DNA of 63,629 nucleotides from Mizuhopecten yessoensis (GCF_002113885.1 NW_018404512.1:1000242-1063870), one strand, 5' to 3'; positions 28,201 to 41,362 are shown, counted from the stretch's first letter. Notes: generated by a model from the sequence alone, not told the origin. Numbers and translations: made by a program.

Positions 28201-29060
28201 ATCTCTCTAACATTAGTGAATGGGCAGGTATATGGGACATCAAATTCAACCCTAACAAAACTAAATCTGTAAATTTTATCGAAAACATAACAAACATCAC
28301 CCTCCAATAACTTTCCAAAATAGCAAAATCACTGACACAACAGCACATACACACAATCATTACTGGACTTGGATCTAGAGCATCTCATAATAAACTTTTT
28401 AATGAACTTGGTTGGGAAACTCTGTCAACAACAAGAAATAAACACAAACACATAATGATGTATAAAATAGTGCATGGGCTGTCGCCTCAATACTTACAAG
28501 ATGTCTTAAATCCTTTCATTAACAAGCAAAACAATAATCTCTATTCCCCATACTAACACTTCTGATAATGATCTCTTAAACTCCCCAACTCTTGCAACCT
28601 TTAAACATAAACGGAATAAAGATATTATTATTTATAATAAATCAACCTCAATTTTTTAAACTGAAGGGGATATAAGGGCCAGTATTATTCTTTGTCAACT
28701 TAGAAACTTCTGTAGCAATTTAAATTTTGATTTATTCAATGACCATTTGACTGACTGTCCCTCTTGTGCTTGCTCTTTTGAATATGAAACAATTTTCCAT
28801 TATTTTCTTGAATGCCCACTATATAATGATCTCAGACTTACTTTATTTACTTCTGTGGATAATTATGGAAATCACAACCATATTGATACAAACATTTTCT
28901 ACAAGACTGTCCTGATTGTGATGGACTAACGAACAGACAGTTACTTAATGATGTACAGTTATTTATTGGTAAATCCATGAGTTTTAATCTCTATATGATC
29001 TAACCAGCCATGACTTTATACTTTTATACTTTTCTATTCTTATTTCAATTATTCTCCACA
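25250..29060 (+). mobile_element. Decayed CR1-clade LINE (ORF1 and ORF2 APE/RT)
   Basis: ORF1: DDLDKYSRRNCLKF, DISRSHRVG, TWTNDGRI. ORF2: LLGCIYRP, PFCSDHS, KPPGPD, YRSISIT, FCDISIAFDRMWH, PQGSVLG, KLFADG, C-terminal C.C..E...HYFLECP. Confidence 0.88.
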
Positions 29061-32000
29061 AATAAGTAAAATTTCTGGAAAGATCCTTGTTCTACTTTAC
29101 CTTCTGTTCTATAAATGGTAATCTTCTACGGACATAGGAGTTTTCAGTTGAGTATGTTTGTTTGTTGTAAGATTTGTTCAATCTGTCTTGTTTTACAGTT
29201 TCCATATTGTACATTGAATTACATAAAGACTAGCTATCTGTTTGCGTTTAAAATTACAATGACTTAACAGTTTTGGCAACTGTGACCTGTGCATATATTA
29301 GCACATGGACTTGACGGCGTATACGGTAGAATGTATGGTGCGCGTTATAAGAATAATACAGTACTATTTCCAGTGAATGGCGACATTTTCAGTGAATCTA
29401 CATCGATACATGTATATTGAGAAATTTTGAAAATAGGCAGTGAACAACACTATTCTTTCAATCGCTCTTAACTTTTTAATGCAGTTATATAAGTAGCACT
29501 TCGAACATATTTGTTCAATAATAACGGCCATTATTTACACGTATTACCACAATGCTCTGGTAGTGACGCGGTCGAACGTCGCAAAAGGAAGCCGCCATTG
29601 CTTACTCTACCGTAAAAGAATTTTGAATATGCATCCATGAAATAAGAAGTATGCCAGCATCCTATTGTTATATAATCAGTCATAATGGATCCGGAATATG
29701 TTCCATGTTTCTATTTTTCTAGTTGGTGAAGGAACCAAACAATGGCTGTCATCGAACAGTTATCTCGCTGAAGCGCGAACGGCTCCATATTTGAAACAGG
29801 TATGAACCCGCCGAGCTTTTTTTCATTGCGAATACGCTACGTCAGAGTTTACTAAGCTGAAGAAGGGAACAATGTTAATATTCTTACACAATTTACATAA
29901 TATATAACTGATTGGGGTTATAGGTCCAGTATGTCGGCTTTTTTCATTATCCACAGGTAACGATCCACATCTTGAATTAAATATAATTTCTTTTACTTTT
30001 AAAAGACTTACGGGTTTTACGTAATAACTTACGACATGTTTATACTTATAGGTCCTGTGCGATCTTAATGTATCACTATTTACAATGGTACAGATAGAGT
30101 GTTCTAAAAACTAATTGCCAGGCACCATACAGATGATTCGTACTTCTAAGAATCACACATCGGTGACCTTATATTGTAGTTGGTCTAAACTACCTTTGGA
30201 TCAGAAGAGGGAGGGGAGCAATTGTCAGTTTTTGGAATGAAATGATATACTAATAATTATCTAATGGCCTTAATTTAGAATAGAAAGACGTCACAAATCA
30301 AGCACCATATGTACGATTTGAGACATATCAGAATCTGGCTGCGATACGCTGCTTCTGATATATCTGGAATGTTAATAGCTGAAACTGTTTTTTATTGAAA
30401 TGCCGGATCAAAACTTAACAAAACAAATCTGCAGATGTAAAAAAAGATAAATGTTTGATTTTGAAAAATAGTTGACAATTACTGAGAACGAATTTAAATC
30501 GATTTGCAGTTTTAATCGACGTCTGCTCCAATTAGTGAATTCAAAAAAGTATATTTTTGTGAAGAAGACCATAGGATCCAATTCAAACAGGAATATAAAA
30601 TCGGAAAAATATGACAAAAAATAATTCACCGGAAATAGATATGTTACTGTTTTCCTAGACATTTCTACATACTATGCTCGATTTAGAAAACTGATGGGCA
30701 TATTTTCTCAAAGTATGGCACATCATAGACATATAACATTTGAATGAAAATTATCATGATTGTTTTTCAACAATACAAAAAAAGTTACTAAAAATTAAAA
30801 GGTGTGGTCAACATTGACGGGGATTATCCTAACAAAAGGACGGATAAAGGTCAGAGGCAAACGGATTTTTTATACAAATTATGATAGTGTAAAATGTATA
30901 AAATTAATGTTAATTGGATACTAGATATGTCATAACGATATACATGAAGTAATCGGTAATTCTATCATGACAAACATACAAAAGTTTCAAAACAAATAAT
31001 ATATATTCAACAATGCCAACTTGCTTATACATAGGTTCAATAGTGGTCTTTATTATACTTGTTTAAAAACTGTCTACAGAATCATTTGTATGTAATACAA
31101 AAACCGATAAATTCCATTTTTGCAAGCAAAGCATGTCAAATGCACAATATTACATAATCAAGTAGAAGAGTTCATTGCTTATTGTGTTAAATACCGACAC
31201 TTTGTTCTGCTTTCGTATAAAACCAAAATATTTCAGTAAAGTATGCATGTTTTAAAGTTATGTGTAGCAGTTATAACTCATAAATATGTATTCTGAAAAA
31301 GTAATCGTTTCTCTGGAGAACTTCTTCAGGTTGAGATTGTATTAGAGACAAAGATATGCAGATATATATAAAAAAAAAACAATAGAATAAATAATCTTAA
31401 TAATAAAACTAAAATACACTTGATTTTTATTATATTGTTATATTTCTTGTCCATTCATAAACAAACATATGATGGAATATTACATTATTTTATATTTTTA
31501 ACCCCCCATACAATAATTATAAATTAGCACATTTGATTCTTGTGACCTTTAACGAAGAGGTTTTGTTATGAAGAAACACAATTAAAAGGAAAAGTGGAAA
31601 ACATATTTGTTTTTCCTGACTTATTATTTTTGAAATCTTTTTTTAGTAGCCAACATTTAAGTAAGTATGAAAAATAGACTAGCTTTTAACTACGTAAATC
31701 AGCTTGTCCAATATAGGAATTATCTTATTAGTGGTAACATTTCGCATACTTTTCTGCTAAAACCCTAAATAAAAAAAAAATCTTTCTTCAAATAGTGTAT
31801 TATATGGTATCAAATTATTAGTTGGAATATATTGCGAACGACAATGATATAATTTGATAGTAGTTTCGTCATTGGAATGCTTAAAAAAGGCGTGTATCAA
31901 CGCATCGTTAACAACCACACAAGTGTAAGTCAATATAGGTCAAAATGATGGGTAGCAAATGTCGTACCGCAAGCATAGCTACCTTTCCAGAGAACAAGAT

Positions 32001-32195
32001 GTTTGTGGTGTCTCATCGGTGTCTGTCGTTATATTTTCGTAATCACCGACTTTACATGCCCGTTGAACAAGTAAACGGTCTTTCGACAAGTTAACAGACA
32101 CGGCCTAATTTTTTCAACTCTGGATAACGAACACGTTCGAGTATGTTTAAACGGGATTAAACAGTTAATACGTATATTGTAAACATAACACTTAC

Positions 32196-32256
32196 CTTGA
32201 AATTGTAGAAATCCTACAATCATCAGCAGACACAAAGTTGATCTACATATACTCAT
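32196..32256 (-). CDS. Exon 1 of a predicted secreted Cys-rich protein (signal peptide MSICRSTLCLLMIVGFLQFQ)
   Basis: gtgaaaATG (A at -3), hydrophobic core, ends CAAG|gtaagt in phase 1, just downstream of a TATA/Inr. An in-frame upstream ATG lies at 32268. Confidence 0.7.
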
Positions 32257-32285
32257 TTTCACGTGCATCGAATAGTGAACAAACA

Positions 32286-32323
32286 GAACTGTCTGCAAAA
32301 CTCTCGTTAACATCGTATTTATA
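32286..32323 (-). promoter_or_regulatory. TATA box and initiator-like element of the Cys-rich gene
   Basis: TATAAATA at 32323-32316 and ACAGTT (Inr-like, A at 32290) about 33 nt downstream, 34 nt before the ATG. Confidence 0.5.
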
Positions 32324-32878
32324 AAGAATAACTAGAATTTTTTATACAATTTTCTCTACATACTTATAACGTTTTATTAAATTAAACAGCGCTACCTAAC
32401 ACCAGTATCAGTAATTCAACTAAACTGTATTTCCGGATCAGAAAAGCGATTTTAATGTAGGAGGTCTTCCGTGCGATAACACAGTTATACAGAAATATAG
32501 TAAGATATTTATAGTCTCCAGTTGATTGTTGCTCCAGTAAATCAAAACTAACAGAGCGCCCTAATGGCGATTTCAGGCGACAAGTATTTGTAAATAATTC
32601 CCGTTGTCAAATTTCGTCGCCTCCATCCGCCCTCTCTTGAATGGACCCTGTGGAGAAGTGACAAATGTATCTGATGCTTTGTTTAAATCGTTTAGAAGCA
32701 TATTGGGAAATAATAAATTAACGATAAAAAAAATCGATTTTTTACAATTAAAATGTTCACTTGTTAAACGAAAAATGTTTTCTATATATTTAACATGCAG
32801 ATGAGGTGACGTATATCCAACCTCGTTTTTTATAGTTAATCGTATAGTGGAAAAACAGACATAGCTAAGTTTCTTCGT

Positions 32879-34850
32879 AGTAATTGTGTTTTATGGGTGC
32901 CTCCTCCACATTTTTTTTGGAGATTGACCTTGACCTTAAGGTGATGCAATAGTAACCTAGGTCAGATGATGTAATAGTGTGGAGGGATTAAAAGTGTGGA
33001 GGGAATGTGCAACACAATAGGAAATAATGTGTGGAAGAATTAATGTGTGGAAGGAATGTGCAACAATAGAAAAGAAGGTGTGGAGGGATTAGTGTGTGGA
33101 GGGATAATAGCACATGATATATGTGGAGGTAAAATGTTTTTAGCGATAATGCAATACACATCACTGTAAAGAATGTGTGGAGGGGATCGTGCAAGACTGA
33201 ACATGTCCACGGTGAGAGCGACATAGATTTATGAATAACCTTATACGTATGTGGAGGGTAGCCTTCTATATACAGTCCAGGAAGAAAGAATGTGTGGAGG
33301 GAAAATGCCAAATGATATGTGTGGAGGTAAAACACCTTTGTGTAGAGGGATGACGTAAGACCGAACATGTCCACGGTGAGGGTTTACGGAAAAAAAACGT
33401 GCGTTAATAACGTGAGAATCTAATTCTCCACTGGCAGCATGTAGCCATCAACGTTGCGGTTCCAGGAGACAAGGTACAGGTGGATATTGTACCAAATCAG
33501 ATATATAAACACACATTAGAAATACTCCATCAAAATAATTATTTTCTTAACCATTATGTTTTGAAATCAATCAGCCAAATAACAAGATTTAGGTAGAGGT
33601 ATTGAACCTTATTCTACACCTGTTTGATTAAAGCATAATTTGAATCTAAACAGGTCCAAGTTTCTTTCTTTCATTACATCGAAAACATACATTATTCAAA
33701 TCAGAAAATCTCAATTCTGTTCCTATCCTGAAATATTTAACGAAACATCTGATAGAAATAAGCAAACAAAAGTCTAATACAATGTTTATTCATACCATAG
33801 TAAGAACATTTTAATGACATGAGAGTAGGCCTCCGTGATTTTTAAGGTAATCATTGTGTTTTTTTGCTGTGTAGATATTACAAGGTACAACATTGCGATA
33901 ATGGGAAGCTGACCAAGGAGGTTGGTCGTACCACTGGCATGAAATAAGAACATGAACACATAATCGAATTAGTGAAGATATTAAAAGATCTCTGGAAAGA
34001 AAAACGACTCCCCTATGACGATTCACTGCTAGATTTGTTTATCGTGTTTAAAGAGCACATAGGCGTTGATATTTCTGGATAATTCACGATGAAAAATCAT
34101 ATCGAGGAGAAAGCCTATGTTTTGCAATACAATTTTTTTTTTAATTCAAAAGTCCAAACACACATCATTTTACGTTAAAATTTTAAAGTCGAGGGATAAC
34201 ATTTAAAAATATGTGGCCTTTCATACTAACAATAGGTGATGTAAAGATAGCGATGACTTACAATGAACTCGAAAGGTATCACAGGTGTCTAAACACCATA
34301 ACAAAGAGTCGACATTGGGTGTATATATAAGGAGACTACACAAATGGCTCAAGGGACTATTAATCGCATAGTCAACGACAAAGTCCCTCCGACAAACATA
34401 CCATACAGTGTATTGTTGTCTAGGTATTAAACTTATTTCCTTCAAGAAGATATGCTTGATATGTAAGAATGGGAGGAGGGATAACACGAAATTGGAGTGA
34501 ATAGTTTTACTTAGAAATGTGTTACCTTCTTTGGTATATATAGTCATTTAACAATGTCAGGTAATTAAGTTACCTGATCTTATACACAACAGCCACCATA
34601 CACCCACAGGTCACTACACAAGTCAATCCCCCACTAATCCAAATAACAAGATTAATACATTTTATATATATCAAACCTAGGATTTCCATCTCTACCTACA
34701 GTACTGATACATTATCAGTTCTTTAGAAGCGTCTACACTTAAACCTTCTCAGCCTGTCTGAGACAATTTCTCATTTTCGTCGTACAAGTCCAATCAAACG
34801 TTTGGAACCATTTCTTTTTAGATTTCATATAATATATAGACTTCAAGAGA
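32879..34850. repeat. Left inverted arm of the Polinton (about 1.97 kb)
   Basis: Reverse complement of 38378-41362 except a 1-kb block. Mirror ORFs: 32988..33374/40865..41284, 33811..34026/39223..39447, 34221..34547/38819..39004. TGTGGAGG subterminal repeats. Confidence 0.93.
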
Positions 34851-35690
34851 TATGTCCCAAACATATCGACAACAACCTGTGGGAGCGCGTTGCCACACCC
34901 AAACTTGTACCCACGTTAGAAAGCAAGACGAAATATATCTGTCATTATAGGAATTTACAGCTGTATTTGGAGTTGGGTATGAAAGTGAATAAGATTCACA
35001 GAGTTTTACAGTTTAGACAGCAGCCATGGTTAAAGAAATATATTGATTTTAACGGGGATAGAAAACAGTAAAATTAAACTAGTTCTCAACAAACCTGTGA
35101 ACGTGGGTCAGTGTATTTTGGATCTCTCTAACTGTATCATGTACGATTTCCACTACAACCACATGCTATCTTAATACGACAACATATGTCTGTTAATGAC
35201 TGACACCGACAGTTTGATGTATGAAATATCGGATGTTTAAGACCTATACGAAACACTACATGAAAACAAACAATCGAGTTATCCCACCAATCATCCAATC
35301 TATAACGTCACAAACAAAAAGACACCGGAAAAGTTTAAAGACGAATGAGGTGGGAAGATTTGGCAGGAATTTGTTGGACTTAGACCTAAAATGTATTCCT
35401 ATGCATACGAAAATAGCTCTGGCGGATCACAAAAATCGAAACAGATAGCAAAAGGTATCAATAGAAGTACCATCGTACACGACTTACGTCACGACATGTA
35501 TCTAGAATGTCTGTTTGGATCTAAAACCATTATGTGTGATATGATTTCCATCAGAAGTGACAGACATGACTTGCATGTATACATCATCAGAAAAGCCGGT
35601 CTCTGTAGTTTTGACGACAATCGCTACTTAAAACCAAATGGTGAAACGTTGACAAACGGTCATTACAGAATAAAAAATGATACACATTAA
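34851..35690 (+). pseudogene. Protein-primed B-family DNA polymerase (Polinton pPolB), C-terminal remnant
   Basis: [21 protein letters not shown]...[21 protein letters not shown]; LNKP..VG..ILDLS; MYDFHYN; LLMTDTDSL (TDTDS at 35199-35213); GKFKDE; EFVGLRPKMYSY; AKGI; FDDNRY. Motif B is deleted; frameshifts present. Confidence 0.92.
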
Positions 35691-36128
35691 ATACAATTTT
35701 AATGAATACAATAAAAATCTATGCTTGTCGAAAAGTTGAAATATAAGCATTTTCATTATTTATTGTTCATTTTAGAGTTTATACTTTATCAAAATAAATA
35801 TCGATTGTTACTTTTTGCATTTGTTTTTTTTTCTTTTAAATATGTGTATATAGTTATGTGAAGAGGATAATACATGATGTGTAGCAGGTCAAGTTTACGA
35901 GAGTTTCAAGTCTGCACAAGTGACTTACAATCTTACGGTATGCCAGAGGATCGCACCCTGTCCTCCTCACAATATTCTGTTAGTTCAACTTCAGGAACAA
36001 TTTCTGATTATACTTCATCCTCGAAAAGATCATTGGCAACCACACATCGCTTCCTCCCAAAGGTGGGTCCGTAGAATCTTTCGGTGTGGTATTGACTCGA
36101 AGATAGAATGCAAATGCTATATACGAAT

Positions 36129-36435
36129 CTATTCGTCTGCGTTTTGAATTTCAAGAATGATCGTTTGATTGAGATAATACTTCCTTAAAAATTTAGGCAG
36201 TAAACTATGATGCCTTAAAAGACTATTTCGTTTTCTTATTAAAGATATAGCCGGAGAAATGACTTGTCTTAGAATAGTCATGTGTCTTCTAAATGTCTTA
36301 TAATCATGTTGCAAGATGTTGAGCGGGCCATTCAGCATGACTTTTACAATTTTCTCGAGAGCTTCCATCTGATCAACGTTTATACTTCGTACCATGAGTT
36401 TTCTATATCGTACTCTGGTATTTCCGAGTTCTTTT
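36129..36435 (-). CDS. Small basic Polinton accessory-type ORF (possibly decayed)
   Basis: ..RKLMVRSINVDQMEALEKIVKVMLNGPLNI...FRRHMTILRQV...SLIRKRNSLL fits the pattern of small basic proteins recalled from Polintons. Lies in the element core. Confidence 0.45.
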
Positions 36436-37319
36436 CATTCTGTCAACTCAAATGCAATGGACGAGTAAGAGTAAGTAACTTGTTCTCAGTTTTAATGCTT
36501 AACCATCTCTACGGCATCAGATTCCTTTTTGTCTCATTAGGTATTTTATCATCAGTATCGAACACTAAAGAACATTGTACAATTAAAAACAAAAAAGCCC
36601 ATAAGATCTGCATCGACAATTATTTGCATTTTATACCAATACACATGTTCAGTACTAACGTCATAAAAGTAGTCATATCAAGTAAACAATTATCCGAATT
36701 GGATATAAAATGAGCCGAAAGCAATTATCCTCCTTAAAGGTATCAACAAAAACATTCATTTGTTAAAGTAGTTGAATATCAATCAGCTAAAGTGTAGCGT
36801 AAATTTCAATCACAGCGTATTAGGAACTTTTCTTTGTCATACACTTTGTCAAATGCTAATTTTTTATTTTTCCACTTTTACAGATTATTTGATTTTATTA
36901 ACACATATTGATTCAAATAGGAAACTTTTGTTTGTTTCTATAGATATCTAAATTCAGAGAAGTGTATACATCTTTTTACATATGTATTCTAACGGAGACT
37001 TTATCTCATTGGTTTCAAACCAAAACCTACTTTACTGTGGTATCTGCACTACTCCGAGAAAAAGTGTAAGCACAAAGTATTATTTTCTTTTGAAACTATT
37101 TTTCAATTGTTTGATTCTAACACTCGTTAGATAAATGGTATACATGTATGTTGTTTCCATTTTTATGCTAACACCTAACATGTTGACAGATTTTGTTTGT
37201 AAACGTAGAAGTTATCAGTGTTGTTGGTAGATGTGGGATATGACAAAAGTCAAATCGACTTTGATGTATCTTGTATCTTACATTTGTTGTTGGTGTTCAT
37301 TGTTTTCACATATTTTATG

Positions 37320-38180
37320 AAGACTTGTTTGTCAAGATAACTTTGTGTCAATTTCTTTAACAAAATACTTTAATTTAACCCATTCCTGTTAAAAATGTAA
37401 CTTGAAAAGAGTTTTGTTCTTGTAAATCTTCATAAATAATCATACAAACCGTCACATACTATGTAAAATCCTGTTTTCGTAACGTTTCTTGATAAAATTA
37501 GTTTTTACTATGTCTGTCAGAGTTTTTATTTGACTTTCGTTGTTGTAAATCTTCATAAATAATAAAACAAACTGTCACATACTATGTAAAAACCGGTTTT
37601 CATGACGTTTTCTGATTAAAATGGTTTTACAAATGCTGAGAATTTTAAACTTTTTCATATCTGTTAGAGGCTTTATTTGGAAGTAGGTATACTTTTGAAT
37701 AAAAATATGTTATAAAAAGTCTGTCATCATACTTTTGTGTCAATTTCTTTAACAAAACACTTTAATTTAACCAATTCCTGGAAACATTAAACTTGAAAAG
37801 ACTTCCGTTGTTGTAAATCTTCATGAAGACTAAAACAAACTGTCACATGCTATGCAAAAACATGTTTACATAACGTTTCCTGATTTAAATGGTTTAATAA
37901 ATGTTGTGTATTTTAAACTATTTCACATCTGTTAGAGGTTTTATTTCAAAAAAGGTATACTTTTGAATAACATCTCTAATGAAAAGATGTTTGTGCAGGT
38001 ATTTTTGTGACAATTTCTTTAACAAAATACTTTAATTTAACTCATACTTGTTAAAATTTAATTTGAAAAGACTTTCATTGTTGTAAATCTTCATGAATAC
38101 TAAAATAAACTGTCACACACTGTAAAAACCTTTTTCTATATCGTTCTTTGATTGAAATTGTTTTACAAATACTGTGTTTT
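37320..38180. repeat. Diverged 270-390-bp tandem repeats inside the Polinton core
   Basis: caatttctttaacaaaa(t/c)actttaatttaac at about 37348, 37741 and 38011; ttgtaaatcttcat four times. Confidence 0.7.
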
Positions 38181-38377
38181 TATTTGATGATTATGAAGTT
38201 CCATACATGTTTACAAATATTGTGTTGACGTTTTTTCTTGCAATAAAGACAGTGCAAGACTGGCAACTATTCCACTTGACTTGTGCAAAGCTATTATTTG
38301 AGTAAGATCATTTAAGGCATCTTGAAATCAGACAAATGGTGTAGGTTACTTTGTATAAAAAATTCAACTGAACTGGG

Positions 38378-41362
38378 TCTCTTGAAATCTATATATTATA
38401 TGAAATCAAAGAAGAAATTGTTCAAAACATTTGATTGGACTTGTACGACGAAAATGAGAAATTGTCTCAGACAGGCTGAGAAGGTTTAAGTGTAGACTCT
38501 TCTAGAGAACTGATAAGTTATCAGTACTGTAGGTAGAGATGGAAATCCTAGGTTTGACGTATATGTACTAATCTTGTTGTTTGGATTAGTGGGGGATTGA
38601 TTTGTGTAGTGATCTGTGGGTGTATGGTGGCTGTTGTGTATAGGATCAGGTAACTTAATTACTTGACATTGTTAAATGACTATATATACCAAAGAAGGTA
38701 ACACATTTCTAAGTAAAAAAATTCACTCCAATTTCGTGTTATCCCTCCTCTCATTCTTACATATCATGCCTATCTTCACGAAGGAAAGAGTTGTTTAATA
38801 CCTAGACAACAATATACTGTGTGGTATGTTTGTCAGAGGGATTTTGTCGTTGACTATGCGATTAATAGTCCCTTGTGCCATTTGTGTAGTCTCCATATAT
38901 ATGCACCCAATGTCGACTCTTTATTAGTGTGTTTAGACACCTATGAGACCTTACGAGTTCATTGTAAGTCATCGCTATCTTTACATCACCTACTGTTAGT
39001 ATGAAAGTCCACATATTGTTAAATAAAGACATTTCCTTCCAATCTGGTGTTATCCCTCGACATTAAAATTTTAACGTAAAATTATGTGTGTTTGGGCTTT
39101 TGAATTATAAAAATAATTGTATTGCAAAACATAGGCTTTCTCCTCGATATGATTGTTCATCGTGAATTATCCAAAAAACTCAACGCCTATGTGCTCTTTA
39201 AACACGATAAACAAATCAAGCAGTGAATCGGCATAGGGGAGTCGTTTTTCTTTCCAAAGATATTTTGATATCCTCACTAATTCGATTATGTGTTCATGTT
39301 CTTATTTCATGCCAGTGGTACGACCAACCTCCTCGGTCAGCTTCCCATTATCGCAATGGTGTACCTTGTAATATCTACACAGCAAACAACCACACGGATA
39401 CCTTAAAAATCGCGGAGGCGTACTCTCATGTCATTAAAATGTTCTGACTATGGAATGAATAGACATTGTACTAGACTTAGCCTTAGGCTATATTGTAATC
39501 TAGGAGTTTAGACATCTTTAGATTTTTTGTTTGACAAAGGTTATATTCAGTAGACTGGATCTATTGATGCTTTAATGAGGTATAACATATGTTGTTTATT
39601 TGAGGTAAAAGCTGAGTGAACACTATGTAATTAAATCAACTATCTATATATCAAAAGTTTTATTTTAAATCATTGCATAATGAATCCCATGAACTTATAT
39701 AATTAATCCACTATACTTGTGTTTTAAAGTTAAATTTTGAAACATTTTATGATAACTAAATGATAAAAAACTTTTTAGAACTCAACTTGGAATTTATTTA
39801 ATTTGGTTGGCCTATCTTTATTCCTTACACCAATTTGTTGCTTTTTATGTAAATTTCTAGTCGAATCATCAAAAAGTTTGTAAAGTTTTATTTCAAACCA
39901 TTTTATGTATATTGATGAAAACACTTTAACCATTCCACATCTTGGTTTTTACTTTTTGAAACTACTCGTTTTTGGAAAACATTCAACAGCTACCTCATCC
40001 TAGGCAATTCTTGTCGTGTATATATATATATTGTTTATTATAGTTTTTATATTTACTGGTGTGTACTAGTACAACTTGTTAAAGTTGAATTATGAAAGAA
40101 TATGACGTTTGATTGAATACACTGTAAAACGTTGTGAAAATAATACTGTTTGTATCTCATTATCCTATCCAATTACTATTCGCTTTGTTGATGAAACTTC
40201 AATCAAATCATCTTCGTTTCATTTCATCAGTGGTATGTGGTATGTGTCTGGTTACTAATGGCTAGGTTGTAGATTAAACTTAACATTTGATCATCTATTG
40301 ATGCTTGAGAAGAGTTGTTTAACCATGTATAATTCTTCTACATTGCATTTGCAATGTTTGACAAAATACTCAACATAAAAATATATATATGAAACGTTGT
40401 TATTGCTCAATCAGAATGATGTGTAATATTTTAATTTTGTTGATTAAATTGGTGAAAATTTATGTTATATTGTTTGCTTATTTCTATCAGATGTTTCGTT
40501 AAATATTTCAGGATCGGAACAGAATTGAGATTTTCAGATTTGAATAATGTATGTTTTCGATGTAATGAAAGAAAGAAACTTGGACCTGTTTAGATTCAAA
40601 TTATGCTTTAATCAAACAGGTGTAGTATAAGGTTCTATACCTCTACCTAAATCTTGTTATTTGGCTGATTGATTTCAAAACATAATGGTTAAGAAAATAA
40701 TTATTTTGATGGAGTATTTCTAATGTGTGTTTATATATCTGATTTGGTACAATATCCACCTGTACCTTGTCTCCTGGAACCGCAACGTTGATGGCTACAT
40801 GCTGCCAGTGGAGAATTAGATTCTCACGTTATTAACGCACGTTTTTTTTCCGTAAACCCTCACCGTGGACATGTTCGGTCTTACGTCATCCCTCTACACA
40901 AAGGTGTTTTACCTCCACACATATCATGTGGCATTTTCCCTCCACACATTCTTTCTTCCTGGACTATGTATAGAAGGCTACCCTCCACATGCGTATAAGG
41001 TTATTCATAAATCTATGTCGCTCTCACCGTGGACATGTTCAGTCTTGCACGATCCCCTCCACACATTCGTTACAGTGATGTGTATTGCATCATCGCTTAA
41101 AACATTTTACCTCCACATATATCATGTGCTATTATCCCTCCACAAACTAATCCCTCCATACATTCTTTCCTATTATGTTGCACATTCCCTCCACACATTA
41201 ATCCCTCCATACATTCTTTCCTATTGTGTTGCACATTCCCTCCAAACTAATTATCCCTCCACACTATTACATCATCTGACCTAGGTCACTATTGCATCAC
41301 CTTAAGGTCAAGGTCAACCTCCACAACAAATGTGGAGGAGTCACCCGTAAAACACCACTAAT
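38378..41362. repeat. Right inverted arm of the Polinton (about 2.98 kb; about 39479-40469 is absent from the left arm)
   Basis: Match to the left arm starts at tctcttgaaatctatatattata (38378), stops at about 39478 and resumes at about 40470. Confidence 0.92.

Larger units (their letters stand above)
32879..41362. mobile_element. Defective Polinton/Maverick (8,484 bp) with long inverted arms and a 6-bp TSD
   Basis: Left end AGTAATTGTGTTTT; right end read inward ATTAGTGGTGTTTT (consensus AGTAGT). Flanks cttcgt (32873-32878) and tttcgt (41363-41368). Contains a protein-primed PolB remnant. Confidence 0.88.

Noticed and set aside
32988-33374. His/Leu-rich mirror ORFs (also 40865..41284)
   Set aside because: They are translations of the TGTGGAGG subterminal repeats in the Polinton arms.
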